The notes: generated by a model from the letters alone, not told the origin. 64,000 bases of DNA from Thermostichus sp. DRC_bins_24 (GCA_039794845.1 JAUQVK010000112.1:1-64000), one strand, 5' to 3'. Positions 1-10,350 are shown, numbered from the stretch's first letter. A program made the numbers and translations.

Positions 1-103
1 TGATTTGGGATGAACTTCCCGAAGGAAGCGCGAAGATTTACACCCTAAGATTAAGTTATCCGTTAAGTTTCGTCAACCTTCCCCTCTCTCCCTGAGAAGC
101 TCC

Positions 104-769
104 ATGCCCACGTCCGAGTGGATTTTAGGGATCCACACCACAACTCCTGTTTTGGGCCTGACCCTTTTGCCGGTCAGGTCGGAGCTGGGGCAAAGTCGCA
201 GCCGGTGTTGGGTGCTGGATCGGGAAATGGCAGCACAGTTGCATCCTTGCTTAAAGAGCTTTCTGGCTTCTCAGGCTTGGTCACAGATAGCTGGAATTGC
301 TGTAGTCGTGGGGCCGGGCAGTTTTACGGGCAGTCGCTTGGGGGTGAGTGTGGCACGCCTGTTGGGGCAGCAGTTACAGATTCCGGTGTTTGGTTACTCG
401 GCTTTGGCCGCGATCGCCCATCAAGTGTGGCGTATGCAGGGATCCCCAGCAGAGCCGATAACCGTTGCTGTGCAGATGGATGCCAAACGAGAAGAGTGGT
501 ACGGCGGCGTGTATCGGGTTGGGGAAGAACAGATCTTTGCGGAAGTAGCGGATCAGGTTTGGGAGCGGCGGGCTTGGCAGGCGGTTCTCCGGCAATGGCC
601 CCAAGCTTTGCCTGTGGATGCTGCCGACTTTGTGGACCCGGTGCCGGTGGTAGCCTTGGCAGAGTTGGCCCGTGCCGATTTTCGGGCAGGGTTGCGTCCC
701 CCATGGCAGGGGGTGCTGCCACTTTACGGTCGACAGCCCCCTGTTGATCCGAAGGCACTGAAAAGGTAA
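104..769 (+). CDS. tsaB: tRNA threonylcarbamoyladenosine biosynthesis protein TsaB
   Basis: N-terminal ILGIHTT and the signature GPGSFTGSRLG; DAKREEWY. Confidence 0.92.
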   Translation: MPTSEWILGIHTTTPVLGLTLLPVRSELGQSRSRCWVLDREMAAQLHPCLKSFLASQAWSQIAGIAVVVGPGSFTGSRLGVSVARLLGQQLQIPVFGYSALAAIAHQVWRMQGSPAEPITVAVQMDAKREEWYGGVYRVGEEQIFAEVADQVWERRAWQAVLRQWPQALPVDAADFVDPVPVVALAELARADFRAGLRPPWQGVLPLYGRQPPVDPKALKR

Positions 770-835
770 CGAATCGGAGTACCCCGTCGCCACGGTAAGA
801 TTGGGAAGTCTACGCAACAGAATCCCCCTGCTGAC

Positions 836-1393
836 ATGATCTCAAGCAACGATTTGCGCCCTGGCACCTCCGTCGAAATTGATGGAGCGCCCTACAAGGT
901 GATCGATTTTCTGCACGTGAAGCCCGGCAAGGGAGCAGCCTTTGTGCGCACCAAGCTCAAAAACATGCAGACTGGCAACGTTGTTGAGAAAACCTTCCGA
1001 GCCGGTGAAACCCTGCCGGCGGCCACCATCGAAAAGGTGGATATGCAGTATCTCTACGCGGAAGGGAACAATCTGGTGTTCATGGATATGGAGACCTACG
1101 AACAGGCGCCGATTACCGCCGCCCAAATTGGTGCGTCCGTAAAATATCTGAAAGAAAATATGGAAGTGGCGATCCTACGCTGGAATGGGCAGGTGATCGA
1201 CGTGGAATTGCCCAATACCGTCACGCTTGAAGTGGTGGAAACCGATCCGGGAGTGAAGGGAGACACCGCAACAGGGGGAACCAAACCCGCCAAGTTGGAA
1301 ACCGGTGCCGAGATACAGGTGCCTCTGTTTATCAAGGTTGGGGAACGGATTCGCGTTGACACCCGCACCGATAGCTACCTGGGCCGTGAGTAA
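836..1393 (+). CDS. efp: Elongation factor P
   Basis: [15 protein letters not shown] and [15 protein letters not shown] motifs; 185 aa. Confidence 0.99.
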   Translation: MISSNDLRPGTSVEIDGAPYKVIDFLHVKPGKGAAFVRTKLKNMQTGNVVEKTFRAGETLPAATIEKVDMQYLYAEGNNLVFMDMETYEQAPITAAQIGASVKYLKENMEVAILRWNGQVIDVELPNTVTLEVVETDPGVKGDTATGGTKPAKLETGAEIQVPLFIKVGERIRVDTRTDSYLGRE

Positions 1394-1439
1394 GTTTTTT
1401 ACTGATTTTGATATTGATTCATTGATTTTGCCGTAGCGG

Positions 1440-1958
1440 ATGGGTGATGAACTAGGAGTGAACCTTCCCTTGGATGCTGTCAATTGGCAGGAAATTCGGC
1501 TCTTGCTCTCTGCCCTGGAGGAGAGTGCCGTTACCGAGCTAACCCTAGAACTGAAGGATTTTCGCCTCACCCTGCGCAAGGGGACTCCGGCTGCTGTGGA
1601 CACCCCTCCGGCCAGTCCTCCCGCCAGTCCGGTTGCGGTCACTGCCTCTGTCCCGCCGTCCCCTCCTGCCCCTACTGAAGCTTCCCCCCCCAGCCGCAAA
1701 TCCACGCCTAGCCATTGGGTGGATGTCACAGCGCCAATGGTGGGGACTTTTTACAGCGCTCCTGCTCCTGGAGAAGCTGATTTCGTGCGCAGTGGCGAAC
1801 GGGTGAACAAGGGCCAAACCCTCTGCATCATCGAAGCGATGAAGTTGATGAACGAGTTGGAGGCGGAAACGGCGGGCGTCGTGACAGAGATTTTGGTCAG
1901 CAATGGGCAATCGGTGGAATTTGGCCAGGTGTTGATGCGGTTGGATCCCACGGGTTAG
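1440..1958 (+). CDS. accB: Acetyl-CoA carboxylase biotin carboxyl carrier protein
   Basis: APMVGTFY, biotinylation motif EAMKLMN, Pro/Ala linker; efp-accB order typical of cyanobacteria. Confidence 0.98.
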   Translation: MGDELGVNLPLDAVNWQEIRLLLSALEESAVTELTLELKDFRLTLRKGTPAAVDTPPASPPASPVAVTASVPPSPPAPTEASPPSRKSTPSHWVDVTAPMVGTFYSAPAPGEADFVRSGERVNKGQTLCIIEAMKLMNELEAETAGVVTEILVSNGQSVEFGQVLMRLDPTG

Positions 1959-1966
1959 AGCAACAA

Positions 1967-2123
1967 TATAGCCCTTGTGCGGGTTTTCTACGACAGGGCT
2001 TGCGCCCTCCAGGGGCTGGGTCTCAACCTCCGTGGTTGCTGTAGTTTTGTTGTAGCTGTATATAACTAGCGGTGCCCTATGGTGGGCAAACGCACTGGTG
2101 TACCCTAAGCGTAAAGGGCTGTA
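1967..2123 (+). mobile_element. MITE family 1, copy A
   Basis: Ends TA-TAGCCCTT...AAGGGCTG-TA; collinear with 13454-13600. Confidence 0.85.
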
Positions 2124-2242
2124 GTGGGCCGAGGTTTTCACTACTTTTGCCCTTTTTCAAGAATAAACTGACGGCATGGTTCACCTCGGGGGGAACGATA
2201 GGCTAGAGTACGGCGTAAATGCTGAGCTAGGAGCCTGTGTAG

Positions 2243-4705
2243 ATGCCCCCTCGCTCCTCTTCCCGGAGTGGTTCTACTCCATTTCCGTTTCTTGAAGGGA
2301 AAAGCTCTTCTTCTGCGGATGAGCCTGAGTCGAGGTTGCCCCTTGGTCAGCGTTTGGTACGGGCGGGGTTGCTCTCTCAATCCCAGTTGGCTCAGGCTCT
2401 GCGGGAGCAACAGCAAAACCACCTGAAGTTGGGGGAAGTATGCCTGGAGCGTGGTTGGTTAACCCTGCCGGATCTCTACCCTTTTATTCCCAGTCAGGCC
2501 CTCTCCTTGGGGGAGGTTTTGGTGGCCCTAGGCTACCTAGATTTTGAGCAGTTGCGGGTGGCCTTGGCCCAGCAGCGTCGCTACGGTCGGAAATTGGGGG
2601 AGATCTTAACCTGGAAGGGGTGGGTAAAGCCAGCCGTCTTGGAGCAGGCCTTGGATGTGCAGGTGCAACTGCAGCGCCTGGCTTCCCCCAATGCTTGGGA
2701 GGCGCTCCAGCCTTTCATGGCGGAGGCTCCCAAACTTGCGGCCCAACCCACTCCGGCAGGGCCTGGGGCTATGGATCTTCTGCAGGCGAACCGGATGCAA
2801 TCGGCCGCCCCAGTTACCCCTGTGCAACCAGTGCCGCCAGTTTCCCACCGAGAGGAGTCCGCCGAAGGTTTGCCGGCGGAAGCGGCCGAGATCCCACAGG
2901 AGGAACCCAAGCTATTCTCGGTTACACCCGAGCCTAAGGCAGAACCTGTTCCTGTAGCAGCTGCGCTGGATCCTTTTGCCCCCGAATCTCAACCCCTCAC
3001 GATTGCCGACTACCGCAAGCAAGTGGAAGCCTTGAAGTTGCAACTTCACTTGCAAGAGCGGGAATGGGACGGGATCCTGGCCAACATGAACCAGCAGATC
3101 GCCGATTTCCAGAGCCAGTACCAGCAGCGCATTCAAAAATTGGAAGCCACCATTCGTCTGCAGCAGGCAGAACTCCAGCAACAGGCCACCTTGCAGCAGG
3201 ATCTGAAGGTTTGGCAAGAACAACTGCAACGGCTGGAAACCGACCTGGCCAACGCCCGCGCCGCCGAACAAAAGGCCCAACGGCTGCTACAAACCCAGCA
3301 GGATTGCTATCAATCAGAATTGGAACAGCTGCAGGAGCAAATTCAGATTTTGCAAAAACGCCAGCTCGACTCGGTGCCCATGGGCGTGGTAGCCGACTTA
3401 CAGGCCCAGTTGGAGGCAGCTTTGCAGCAAGTACAGCAACTCCAGTCGGAACGGGACAGTCTAGAGGAGCAGCTTTTGCAAAGGATCCCTCAGGCTGGGA
3501 CTTCCCATCCCGTAGATCTGGTGGGGGAGCTGGAATCGGCCCGAGGTTCTCCTGTTTGCGTCAGTGGGGCAGAATCCCCGGAACTGACCTGTTTGCAAGC
3601 ACAGGTGGCCAGCCTGCAAGAGCAACTGTTGGAATCGTCAGCAGCCCTGAAGTCCTGGGAAGAGCGCTACGCTCAGTCGCAGCAGGAGCATGCAATGCAA
3701 GTGGCGCAGCTCTCCAGGCGTATCGACCCTGAGCTGGTGGAGGATCTTCAGGGGCAGCTCCGGCAGCTTCAGGTGGAAATGAACCGGTTGATCGCTGTGA
3801 ACCGTGACTATGAAGCGCAGATCGCCCAACAGAAGGAGCAGCTGCAGCAATGCCAAGCCTTGATCCACCAGCTCACCGCAGAACGGGCTGAAAAGTACCA
3901 ACGCATTGCTGAACTGGAGGCATCCCTGCAAACTCGACAGGAAACCCTGGAGCAAGCTCAGCAACAGCTGAAAAGTATGGGATCCCGCGTCAGTGCTCTA
4001 CAGCAGCAGCAGGCAAACTTGACGGTGGAACTGCAACATGCACGGGAACTGCTGACGGCCTATCGCCAGAGCCTGGAGTCTTTGCAGGAGAACCTGAAGA
4101 TTCAGGAGGATCAAAATCGTCTGCTTCAGGTAAGCTACGAGCAACAAAAGCTGATCGCCGAGGCGGCCCGAGCGGAGCTCGAGGCGGTCAGTGTTTCCGT
4201 GGCTCCCACCCGGCAGCGGGTGTCGGCGCGAACCGGGGGATTTGCAGGAAATGATTTAGGCGAGGGGGAACTCCTTTTGGATCCTGATGAGGATACGCTG
4301 CTGGATCCTCTGTTGGCGGAGCTAACCCCTTGGGCGCGGCATTTGTTCCAAAATTTGCAGGAGGCCGGTCTGCTGGCTCAGCCTCAGATCGAACACATCC
4401 TCAGCAACTGGCAGCAGTCGGGGGGGAAACTGACGGCGGTGATTGGCGAATGTACGGGCTTGAAACCCACCACGATCAAATTCTTCGCCGATGGGGGGTA
4501 TTCTGCTCGTCTGTCGGGATGTCGATCGCCAGGGGAGTTTCTCAAGGCTGCCGACCTGTTGCCCGCGGAGGTGTTCGAATCCCTGCCACTGATGGATGAG
4601 TCTTCTGAGCACTGGGGGGATCCCTTGGTGGAGCAGGGGTTGTTGCGGCCAGAGACGGTGCGGTATTTCCGCAAGCATTTCTCGCCTACCCCCGCCAATG
4701 GCTAA
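2243..4705 (+). CDS. Tandem MshEN-domain protein with long coiled coil
   Basis: Repeated LG-x2-L-x3-G(L/W/Y)-x5-L-x2-AL-x2-Q motifs in aa ~31-140; Q/E/L-rich heptads in the central region. Confidence 0.75.
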   Translation: MPPRSSSRSGSTPFPFLEGKSSSSADEPESRLPLGQRLVRAGLLSQSQLAQALREQQQNHLKLGEVCLERGWLTLPDLYPFIPSQALSLGEVLVALGYLDFEQLRVALAQQRRYGRKLGEILTWKGWVKPAVLEQALDVQVQLQRLASPNAWEALQPFMAEAPKLAAQPTPAGPGAMDLLQANRMQSAAPVTPVQPVPPVSHREESAEGLPAEAAEIPQEEPKLFSVTPEPKAEPVPVAAALDPFAPESQPLTIADYRKQVEALKLQLHLQEREWDGILANMNQQIADFQSQYQQRIQKLEATIRLQQAELQQQATLQQDLKVWQEQLQRLETDLANARAAEQKAQRLLQTQQDCYQSELEQLQEQIQILQKRQLDSVPMGVVADLQAQLEAALQQVQQLQSERDSLEEQLLQRIPQAGTSHPVDLVGELESARGSPVCVSGAESPELTCLQAQVASLQEQLLESSAALKSWEERYAQSQQEHAMQVAQLSRRIDPELVEDLQGQLRQLQVEMNRLIAVNRDYEAQIAQQKEQLQQCQALIHQLTAERAEKYQRIAELEASLQTRQETLEQAQQQLKSMGSRVSALQQQQANLTVELQHARELLTAYRQSLESLQENLKIQEDQNRLLQVSYEQQKLIAEAARAELEAVSVSVAPTRQRVSARTGGFAGNDLGEGELLLDPDEDTLLDPLLAELTPWARHLFQNLQEAGLLAQPQIEHILSNWQQSGGKLTAVIGECTGLKPTTIKFFADGGYSARLSGCRSPGEFLKAADLLPAEVFESLPLMDESSEHWGDPLVEQGLLRPETVRYFRKHFSPTPANG

Positions 4706-4729
4706 TAACCAATTCATCCTCATGGTTTC

Positions 4730-5746
4730 ATGGCCCAAACCCCAAGGAGCACCGATAGGGTGAAGGTGTTGCCCCCGTCCCACATTGTTGGGCAAGAGAT
4801 GGCGGTGCGGTTACTCGTGGCCGCCCTGGAGAAGAGGCGAGTAACTTCTGGCTACTGTTTTGTGGGGCCCCAAGGGGTGGGGCGGGGCTTAATGGCCCGT
4901 TGGTTTGCCCAAGCTCTCCTCTGTGAGTCTGGCCAAGAGAGAGAGGGGATCCGACCCGCCGGAATCCCTTGCGGGCAGTGCCCCAGTTGTCATTGGCTGA
5001 TGGCGGGCACCCATCCCGACCTGCATTGGGTCAGTCCGACCTACCTCCATCAAGGCCGTCTGATCGCGGCTGACTCCCCAGAAGCGCAAACTTTGCAACG
5101 GCGTTCTCCACCGCAAATTCGACTGGAACAGGTGCAAGGGGTGGTCCACTTTTGTGCCCGTCGGCCCATTCGTGCCCGCCGCTCGGTGGTGGTGCTGGAG
5201 GGATCCGAAACCTTGGCGGAAGGTGCTGCCAATGCCCTGTTGAAAACCCTGGAGGAACCGGGATTGGCCCATCTGATCCTGATCGCGCCCCAGGCGGCCT
5301 CCCTATTGCCGACGTTGTTATCCAGATGCCAGTTGGTGCCGTTTCGTCGCCTCAGCCCGATGGAGGTGGGCCAAGTCCTGCAACTGTTGAGCCAGACAGC
5401 ACCGGAAGGGATCTCCTGGTCGGAATGGATGGCTTTGGCTCAAGGGAGCCCCGGATTGGCTCTTGTCGCTCGGGAGCAACTGCAAGGGATCCCTCCGGAA
5501 CTGCTAGAGGCGCTGAAACGTTGGCCGGATTCTCTGGCACAGGCCTTGGAATTGGCCAAAGCAGTATCTGCCCGTTTGGATGTGCCAGCGCAGCTGTGGC
5601 TCATTGACTACTTGCAGCAGCATTTTTGGCTGCAGGGATCCCGACAACCGCTCCAGCCCTTGGAACGCATTCGTCGGCAACTGCTGCAGTTTGTGCAGCC
5701 GCGCCTCTGCTGGGAGGTCAACCTCGCCGGCTTGGATGAGCTTTAG
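4730..5746 (+). CDS. holB: DNA polymerase III subunit delta'
   Basis: GPQGVGR, zinc motif C...PCGQCPSC, HPDLHW, AANALLKTLEEP, LLPTLLSRCQ. Confidence 0.95.
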   Translation: MAQTPRSTDRVKVLPPSHIVGQEMAVRLLVAALEKRRVTSGYCFVGPQGVGRGLMARWFAQALLCESGQEREGIRPAGIPCGQCPSCHWLMAGTHPDLHWVSPTYLHQGRLIAADSPEAQTLQRRSPPQIRLEQVQGVVHFCARRPIRARRSVVVLEGSETLAEGAANALLKTLEEPGLAHLILIAPQAASLLPTLLSRCQLVPFRRLSPMEVGQVLQLLSQTAPEGISWSEWMALAQGSPGLALVAREQLQGIPPELLEALKRWPDSLAQALELAKAVSARLDVPAQLWLIDYLQQHFWLQGSRQPLQPLERIRRQLLQFVQPRLCWEVNLAGLDEL

Positions 5747-5853
5747 CTGCAAGACGGGTAGGCCACAGGTCGTTCCTGCCCTAGATTCCGGGGGGATCCC
5801 GTAGCAACTCCCACCTTGCCCTGCCTGAGGGTGGAAGCTGCCACACCAGATGT

Positions 5854-6150
5854 TCAACCCACTTTTGGGTTACAGACTAGGGTCAAGCCTTGGGTTGCAG
5901 GCGGAGCTGCTTCGGTGATATCCGGTACCAGGCGCAGGGGTGAGCCAAAGTGACCGATGGCAATGGTGTTGTCCAAGGTTTCGATCTGGCGGATGGATCC
6001 CTGGCGCAGACAGCGGTGCAGGCGGCGCAGCAGGAAGATGTCAGCTTCGGAACATTCTTGCTGAAACAGCAGCATATTCAGCTCGTGTTCCTGAGCGGAG
6101 GTGAGCAGCCCGGTCATCATGGCAGATTGAATGATTTGCTGCACGGTCAT
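5854..6150 (-). CDS. Small hypothetical protein (cyanobacterial type)
   Basis: ATG at 6150 downstream of GAGG; MTVQQIIQSAMMTGLLTSAQEHEL resembles small helical cyanobacterial hypotheticals. Confidence 0.65.
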   Translation of the reverse strand: MTVQQIIQSAMMTGLLTSAQEHELNMLLFQQECSEADIFLLRRLHRCLRQGSIRQIETLDNTIAIGHFGSPLRLVPDITEAAPPATQGLTLVCNPKVG

Positions 6151-6632
6151 GTCCTTAGCCTCATTCTTATTTTTCCCTGCTCCTATTCTTGACAAGTTTC
6201 CCAAAGAGTTAATCCGCTGAATAGCCGATTGCACGTACGCTCTTTATCCTTCTGTTTCTACGCTCAGTAAACAGGGAATCTCGGAGTATAAATCAGCGCC
6301 TGAACAACCTGATTGCAGTTGTACGGATAGCCTAAAACCCTTTTAGGACAAAGCTTTTGCTCCTAGGGAGGAACAGACTAAGCAATTTGTCGCATTAGGG
6401 TACAACTTTTGTCTTAGTCTGAAGTTAGGCCACAGTTTTGATATTTATAAACTCTGACAGAAGCCATAATTCGGTGTTTTCGGAAGGGTTGCTTTAGAGT
6501 TTTCCTTAGCCTCTGTAAGGGTACGGAAAAAACAAAGCCTTTCTGTCACCGACAAATGGCGTAGCGTCGCCTGCAGAGCTGGGCAGAGGAGCTCCGTGCT
6601 AGGGTGGGGCTGTCCTGTTTTCGTGGCTGTCC

Positions 6633-7163
6633 ATGTCGGTCAGTTCCCCATCGGAACGTCCCTCATCAGAAAGTACCCAAGGCGCTGGTTGTGCTGTCCC
6701 TTTGGGGTGTTGTGGCTGCGGGTGTCTGGGCCTGCTGGCGGTGCTGGGCTTGGGTCTGGCAGGGGCGGGATTCCTGGTTTGGAATGGGATCCGCGCTTCG
6801 GGGGCTTATCGCAGCTACCATTTGGCGGTGGAGGCGCTTGAGGGAGATGCGGTGGTGGTGGAGCGTTTGGGGGAACCCTTGAGGCCGGGATGGCTGTCTC
6901 AGCTGCGCTTTCAGGAAAACGAGGAGGCCGGCTGGGTATGCCTGTCCTTTTTGATCACGGGGGCGCGACGGACAGGAGATGTGGCCGTGGAGTCGGAGCG
7001 GGGCACGGTTGGCTCAGAATGGCATTTGCGGAATGTGCAGGTGAAAGTCGATGGGGAACCGGAGCCGATTCAGGTGATCGGCCCTGACGAGCGGGGATCC
7101 CGGTGTGAACCAGAAGAACCGGATAGTGAAGCCTTGCCCCTGCAGCCTGAGGCCGATGTCTAG
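6633..7163 (+). CDS. Coa1/Tim21-like membrane-anchored protein
   Basis: Gly/Cys-rich segment plus one TM helix, then YHLAVEAL...VVERLGEP. Confidence 0.65.
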   Translation: MSVSSPSERPSSESTQGAGCAVPLGCCGCGCLGLLAVLGLGLAGAGFLVWNGIRASGAYRSYHLAVEALEGDAVVVERLGEPLRPGWLSQLRFQENEEAGWVCLSFLITGARRTGDVAVESERGTVGSEWHLRNVQVKVDGEPEPIQVIGPDERGSRCEPEEPDSEALPLQPEADV

Positions 7164-7223
7164 AGAGGCTGTGCGGCCAGAATTTGAGCAGGTAGAGTAA
7201 ATCAGTTTTGGCCTGGGATCCCT

Positions 7224-8738
7224 ATGCGGTCGGTTCCTTACCTGCGCTTGCTGCTATTGTTAGCGCTCTTGGCTTTTGTTACGGGTCTGATCGTCTGGTT
7301 GATTCAGTCTTTTCTCGATCTGTACTACGCCACCCGTTACCACCCCATTCTGGGAGGGCTGTTGATCGGGGTGTTGGTGTTGGTGTTGCTGGTGTTTCTG
7401 GCAGCCTCCGTCTATTACCTGTTCTTGTTTCGTCGCCCGGCAGAGGCACCCCAACGACCGGCCCTGCCGGAAAAGGCTGTGGACAAGCGAGATATGGCCC
7501 AGCAAAACCTGGCCCAACTGGAGGCGCAGATGGCGCAAATTCAGGATCAGGTGGCGCGGGCCGCTCTGGCGGAACGGTCGGCTCTGTTGGCCAAGAGTTT
7601 GGCTCAGCCACGGCTCAAGGTGGTGATCTTCGGCACCGGGTCGGCGGGCAAGACTTCTTTGGTGAATGCGCTGCTGGGTCGGCGGGCGGGGGCGGTGGGG
7701 GCAACCCTGGGCACCACTGAGGCGGCGGCGCTCTACGATTGGGCTTTGCCCGGGATCCCGGAACCGGTGCAGATTATGGATTGCCCCGGCATTTTGGAAA
7801 TCGGCCCGGCAGGGGTGATGCGGGAAAGTGAGGCCCGTGCCCAGGCGGAAGCGGCGGATTTGCTGGTGGTGGTGGTGGACGGGGATTTGCGCCAGTCGGA
7901 GGTGGATCCCTTGCGCCAGTTGATCGCTTTGGGCAAACGCGCCCTGCTGGTCTTTAACAAAACCGATCGCTACACCCCTGAAGAACAAATGATTGTGTTG
8001 CAACGCCTGCGAGAACGGGTTCACCCCTTGATCCAACCCCAGGATGTACTGATGGCCTGTGCAGCTCCGGCCCCGGTGCAGGTGGGATCCCAAACCTGGC
8101 AACCGGAGGCTAACGTGGTAGCAGTGCGGGATCGCATCCAGGCGGTGCTCTATGCTGAAGGGGGATCCCTGGCTTTGGACAATGCCTTGTTGCAGTCGCA
8201 ACAACTGGGAGAAGAAGCCAAACGAATTATCCAAACCCAATTGCGCCAACAAGCAGACCAAGTGATCGATCGCTTTCAGTGGATTGTCACGGGTGTGGTG
8301 TTTGCCAACCCGATTCCCGCGGTGGATCTGTTGGCGATTGCGGCGATCAACGCCCAGATGGTGGTGGAGTTGGGATCCGTCTACGGCTGCAAAATGAACC
8401 TGCACCAGGGACGGGAACTGGCCCTCTCTCTGGCCAAAACCCTGACCAGCTTGGGCTTGGTGGAAGGGGCAATCCAACTGACAACGGGTATTTTGGCCAC
8501 GGTGGCGGAAGTGAGTGTGGTGGGGTTTTTGGTGACTGCCCCGATTCAAGCTGCCAGTGCGGGCTACCTCACCCGCATTGCGGGCAAAAGCTTCATCGAG
8601 TATTTCCAGCGCAACCAAACCTGGGGGGAAGGCGGAATGCAAGCGGTGGTCAAAGCCCAGGTGCAAAGCACTCAGGGATCCGGTTGGCTACAAGACTTTG
8701 TCCGCGAGGCTTCTGGACGAATTTTCCGTTCTCGATGA
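7224..8738 (+). CDS. YcjF/DUF697 family GTP-binding membrane protein
   Basis: Two N-terminal TMs; GTGSAGKTS, DCPG, NKTD; C-terminal NPIPAVDLLA. Confidence 0.88.
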   Translation: MRSVPYLRLLLLLALLAFVTGLIVWLIQSFLDLYYATRYHPILGGLLIGVLVLVLLVFLAASVYYLFLFRRPAEAPQRPALPEKAVDKRDMAQQNLAQLEAQMAQIQDQVARAALAERSALLAKSLAQPRLKVVIFGTGSAGKTSLVNALLGRRAGAVGATLGTTEAAALYDWALPGIPEPVQIMDCPGILEIGPAGVMRESEARAQAEAADLLVVVVDGDLRQSEVDPLRQLIALGKRALLVFNKTDRYTPEEQMIVLQRLRERVHPLIQPQDVLMACAAPAPVQVGSQTWQPEANVVAVRDRIQAVLYAEGGSLALDNALLQSQQLGEEAKRIIQTQLRQQADQVIDRFQWIVTGVVFANPIPAVDLLAIAAINAQMVVELGSVYGCKMNLHQGRELALSLAKTLTSLGLVEGAIQLTTGILATVAEVSVVGFLVTAPIQAASAGYLTRIAGKSFIEYFQRNQTWGEGGMQAVVKAQVQSTQGSGWLQDFVREASGRIFRSR

Positions 8739-8839
8739 ACGAGGCACAACCTGGCCCCCCTAGAGGCCACAATGGGATCTCTGCCTAAATCTTGCCGGAT
8801 TGGGGCTTTGTCTTGAATGTCTGGATTGCTTGACTTGCG

Positions 8840-10186
8840 GTGCCAAACTTGAGCCAGAATGACCTGCCATTGATGGGTGTTCTCTCACCCAATGCGGACG
8901 GGATCCCAACCCCAGACTGGGACTGGCCGGGATTTCTGGAGTCACTCGGCCATTTTGGGGTGGATCTGAGCCTGGAGCGAATGCAGGAATTATTGCGGCG
9001 CTTGGGGCAGCCACAGGCCGGGATCCCAGTCATTCATGTGGCCGGAACCAATGGCAAGGGATCCGTCTGTGCCTGGGTGAGCCATGTTCTCTGGGCAGCA
9101 GGCTACCACGTGGGGCGCTACACCTCCCCCCATTTGGTGGATTGGTGCGAACGCATTTGGTTGAGCGGGGAGTATATCTTGCCCAGCGATTGGAGCCAAG
9201 TGCTGGCCCAGGTGCGAGACACCTTACAGACGTATCCCCCTGATGAGCCCTCCCCGACCCAGTTTGAGGTGGTCACAGCGGCGGCCTGGCTGTACTTCCG
9301 TCAGCAAAAGGTAGATGTTGTGGTGTTGGAGGTGGGGCTGGGGGGACGGTTGGATGCCACCAATGCCGGGATCGACCCCGTAGTGACGGCAATTACCTCC
9401 ATCGGCTGGGATCATTGGCAACGCTTGGGCAACAGCCTGCCCCAAATTGCCTCCGAGAAAGCAGGCATTCTTAAGCCAGGGATCCCTTTGGTGTGTGCGC
9501 CGCAAACCCCGGAGGTGATGGCTGTGATCCAAGCCAGGGCCGAGCAGTTGCACATCCCGGTTTACGTGGCGGAGCCTCTGTGCTGGTCGGGGCCGCAGAC
9601 GGTGAGCTGGCAAGGGCTCTCCCTCTACTTGCCCTTAACGGGCGATGTCCAGCTGACCAATGGGGCAGTGGCCCTGGAAATTCTACAGAACTTGCGCCGG
9701 CAGGGCTGGCGGCTCCCCGATGCTGCAATAGAAAAAGGCTTTGCCATCACCCGTTGGCCAGGGCGGCTACAGTCTGTCCAGATCGGATCCCAGAGATTGC
9801 TGATGGATGGGGCCCATAATTTGCCCGCCGCCCAAGCCCTGCGCCGCTTCCTGGATGAGCATTATCCTGGCCCCCTCACCTGGTACATCGGCATCCTAAG
9901 CACCAAAGATGTCTCTGGCATTTTAAGTACCCTGCTCCGAGCGGGAGATCGCCTGTTTACCCTGCCGATTGCCGCCCACTCCGGAATGGATCCCGAACAA
10001 CTGGCCCAACTGGCCCGAACCTTACAACCCAACCTCAGCCAAGTGCAAGCCCTACCCGACTTGGCAGCCCTCCGGTCACACCTTTCCCAGGGATCAGATG
10101 ACCAGCCTCCGGCAGTGCTGTGTGGATCCCTGTATCTTCTGGGTCAGGTGATGCAGGAATGTTTGGGATGGGATCTGGCCCGTTAA
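8840..10186 (+). CDS. folC: Folylpolyglutamate/dihydrofolate synthase (start may be ATG 8873)
   Basis: HVAGTNGKGS, YTSPHL, EVGLGGRLDATN, WPGR, DGAHN, GSLYL. Confidence 0.97.
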   Translation: MPNLSQNDLPLMGVLSPNADGIPTPDWDWPGFLESLGHFGVDLSLERMQELLRRLGQPQAGIPVIHVAGTNGKGSVCAWVSHVLWAAGYHVGRYTSPHLVDWCERIWLSGEYILPSDWSQVLAQVRDTLQTYPPDEPSPTQFEVVTAAAWLYFRQQKVDVVVLEVGLGGRLDATNAGIDPVVTAITSIGWDHWQRLGNSLPQIASEKAGILKPGIPLVCAPQTPEVMAVIQARAEQLHIPVYVAEPLCWSGPQTVSWQGLSLYLPLTGDVQLTNGAVALEILQNLRRQGWRLPDAAIEKGFAITRWPGRLQSVQIGSQRLLMDGAHNLPAAQALRRFLDEHYPGPLTWYIGILSTKDVSGILSTLLRAGDRLFTLPIAAHSGMDPEQLAQLARTLQPNLSQVQALPDLAALRSHLSQGSDDQPPAVLCGSLYLLGQVMQECLGWDLAR

Positions 10187-10217
10187 AAGCCTCTTTTCCG
10201 ACTGTCCCATCGCGACT

Positions 10218-10302
10218 TATAGTCCTGTAGTCACTCCCAATAAGAGCGATACACTTGCAGGACGCACAATCCCTGCTGTAGAAAACCCGCGCAAGGGCTG
10301 TA
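10218..10302. repeat. Chimeric MITE remnant: family 2 end joined to family 1 end
   Basis: TAGTCACTCCCAATAAGAGCGATACACT matches the 37121 copy; TAGAAAACCCGCGCAAGGGCTGTA is the reverse complement of the family 1 left end. Confidence 0.75.
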
Positions 10303-10323
10303 AATGGGCTGTGTGTTGGAAAC

Positions 10324-10350
10324 AAAAAACAGGGGCTGAAGTCAGCCCCT
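10324..10350 (-). terminator. Intrinsic terminator of the ycf46 operon
   Basis: AGGGGCTGA/TCAGCCCCT stem with an adjacent A6 tract (U tract on the minus strand). Confidence 0.75.

Noticed and set aside
44..80. TTAAG repeats resembling a Pho box upstream of tsaB
   Set aside because: Spacing is 12 and 10 bp rather than 11, and the half-sites match poorly
7260..8666. Long antisense ORFs (also 27437-28345, 54752-55753, 60458-61393)
   Set aside because: Shadows of well-supported genes, expected in GC-rich DNA; no recognisable motifs
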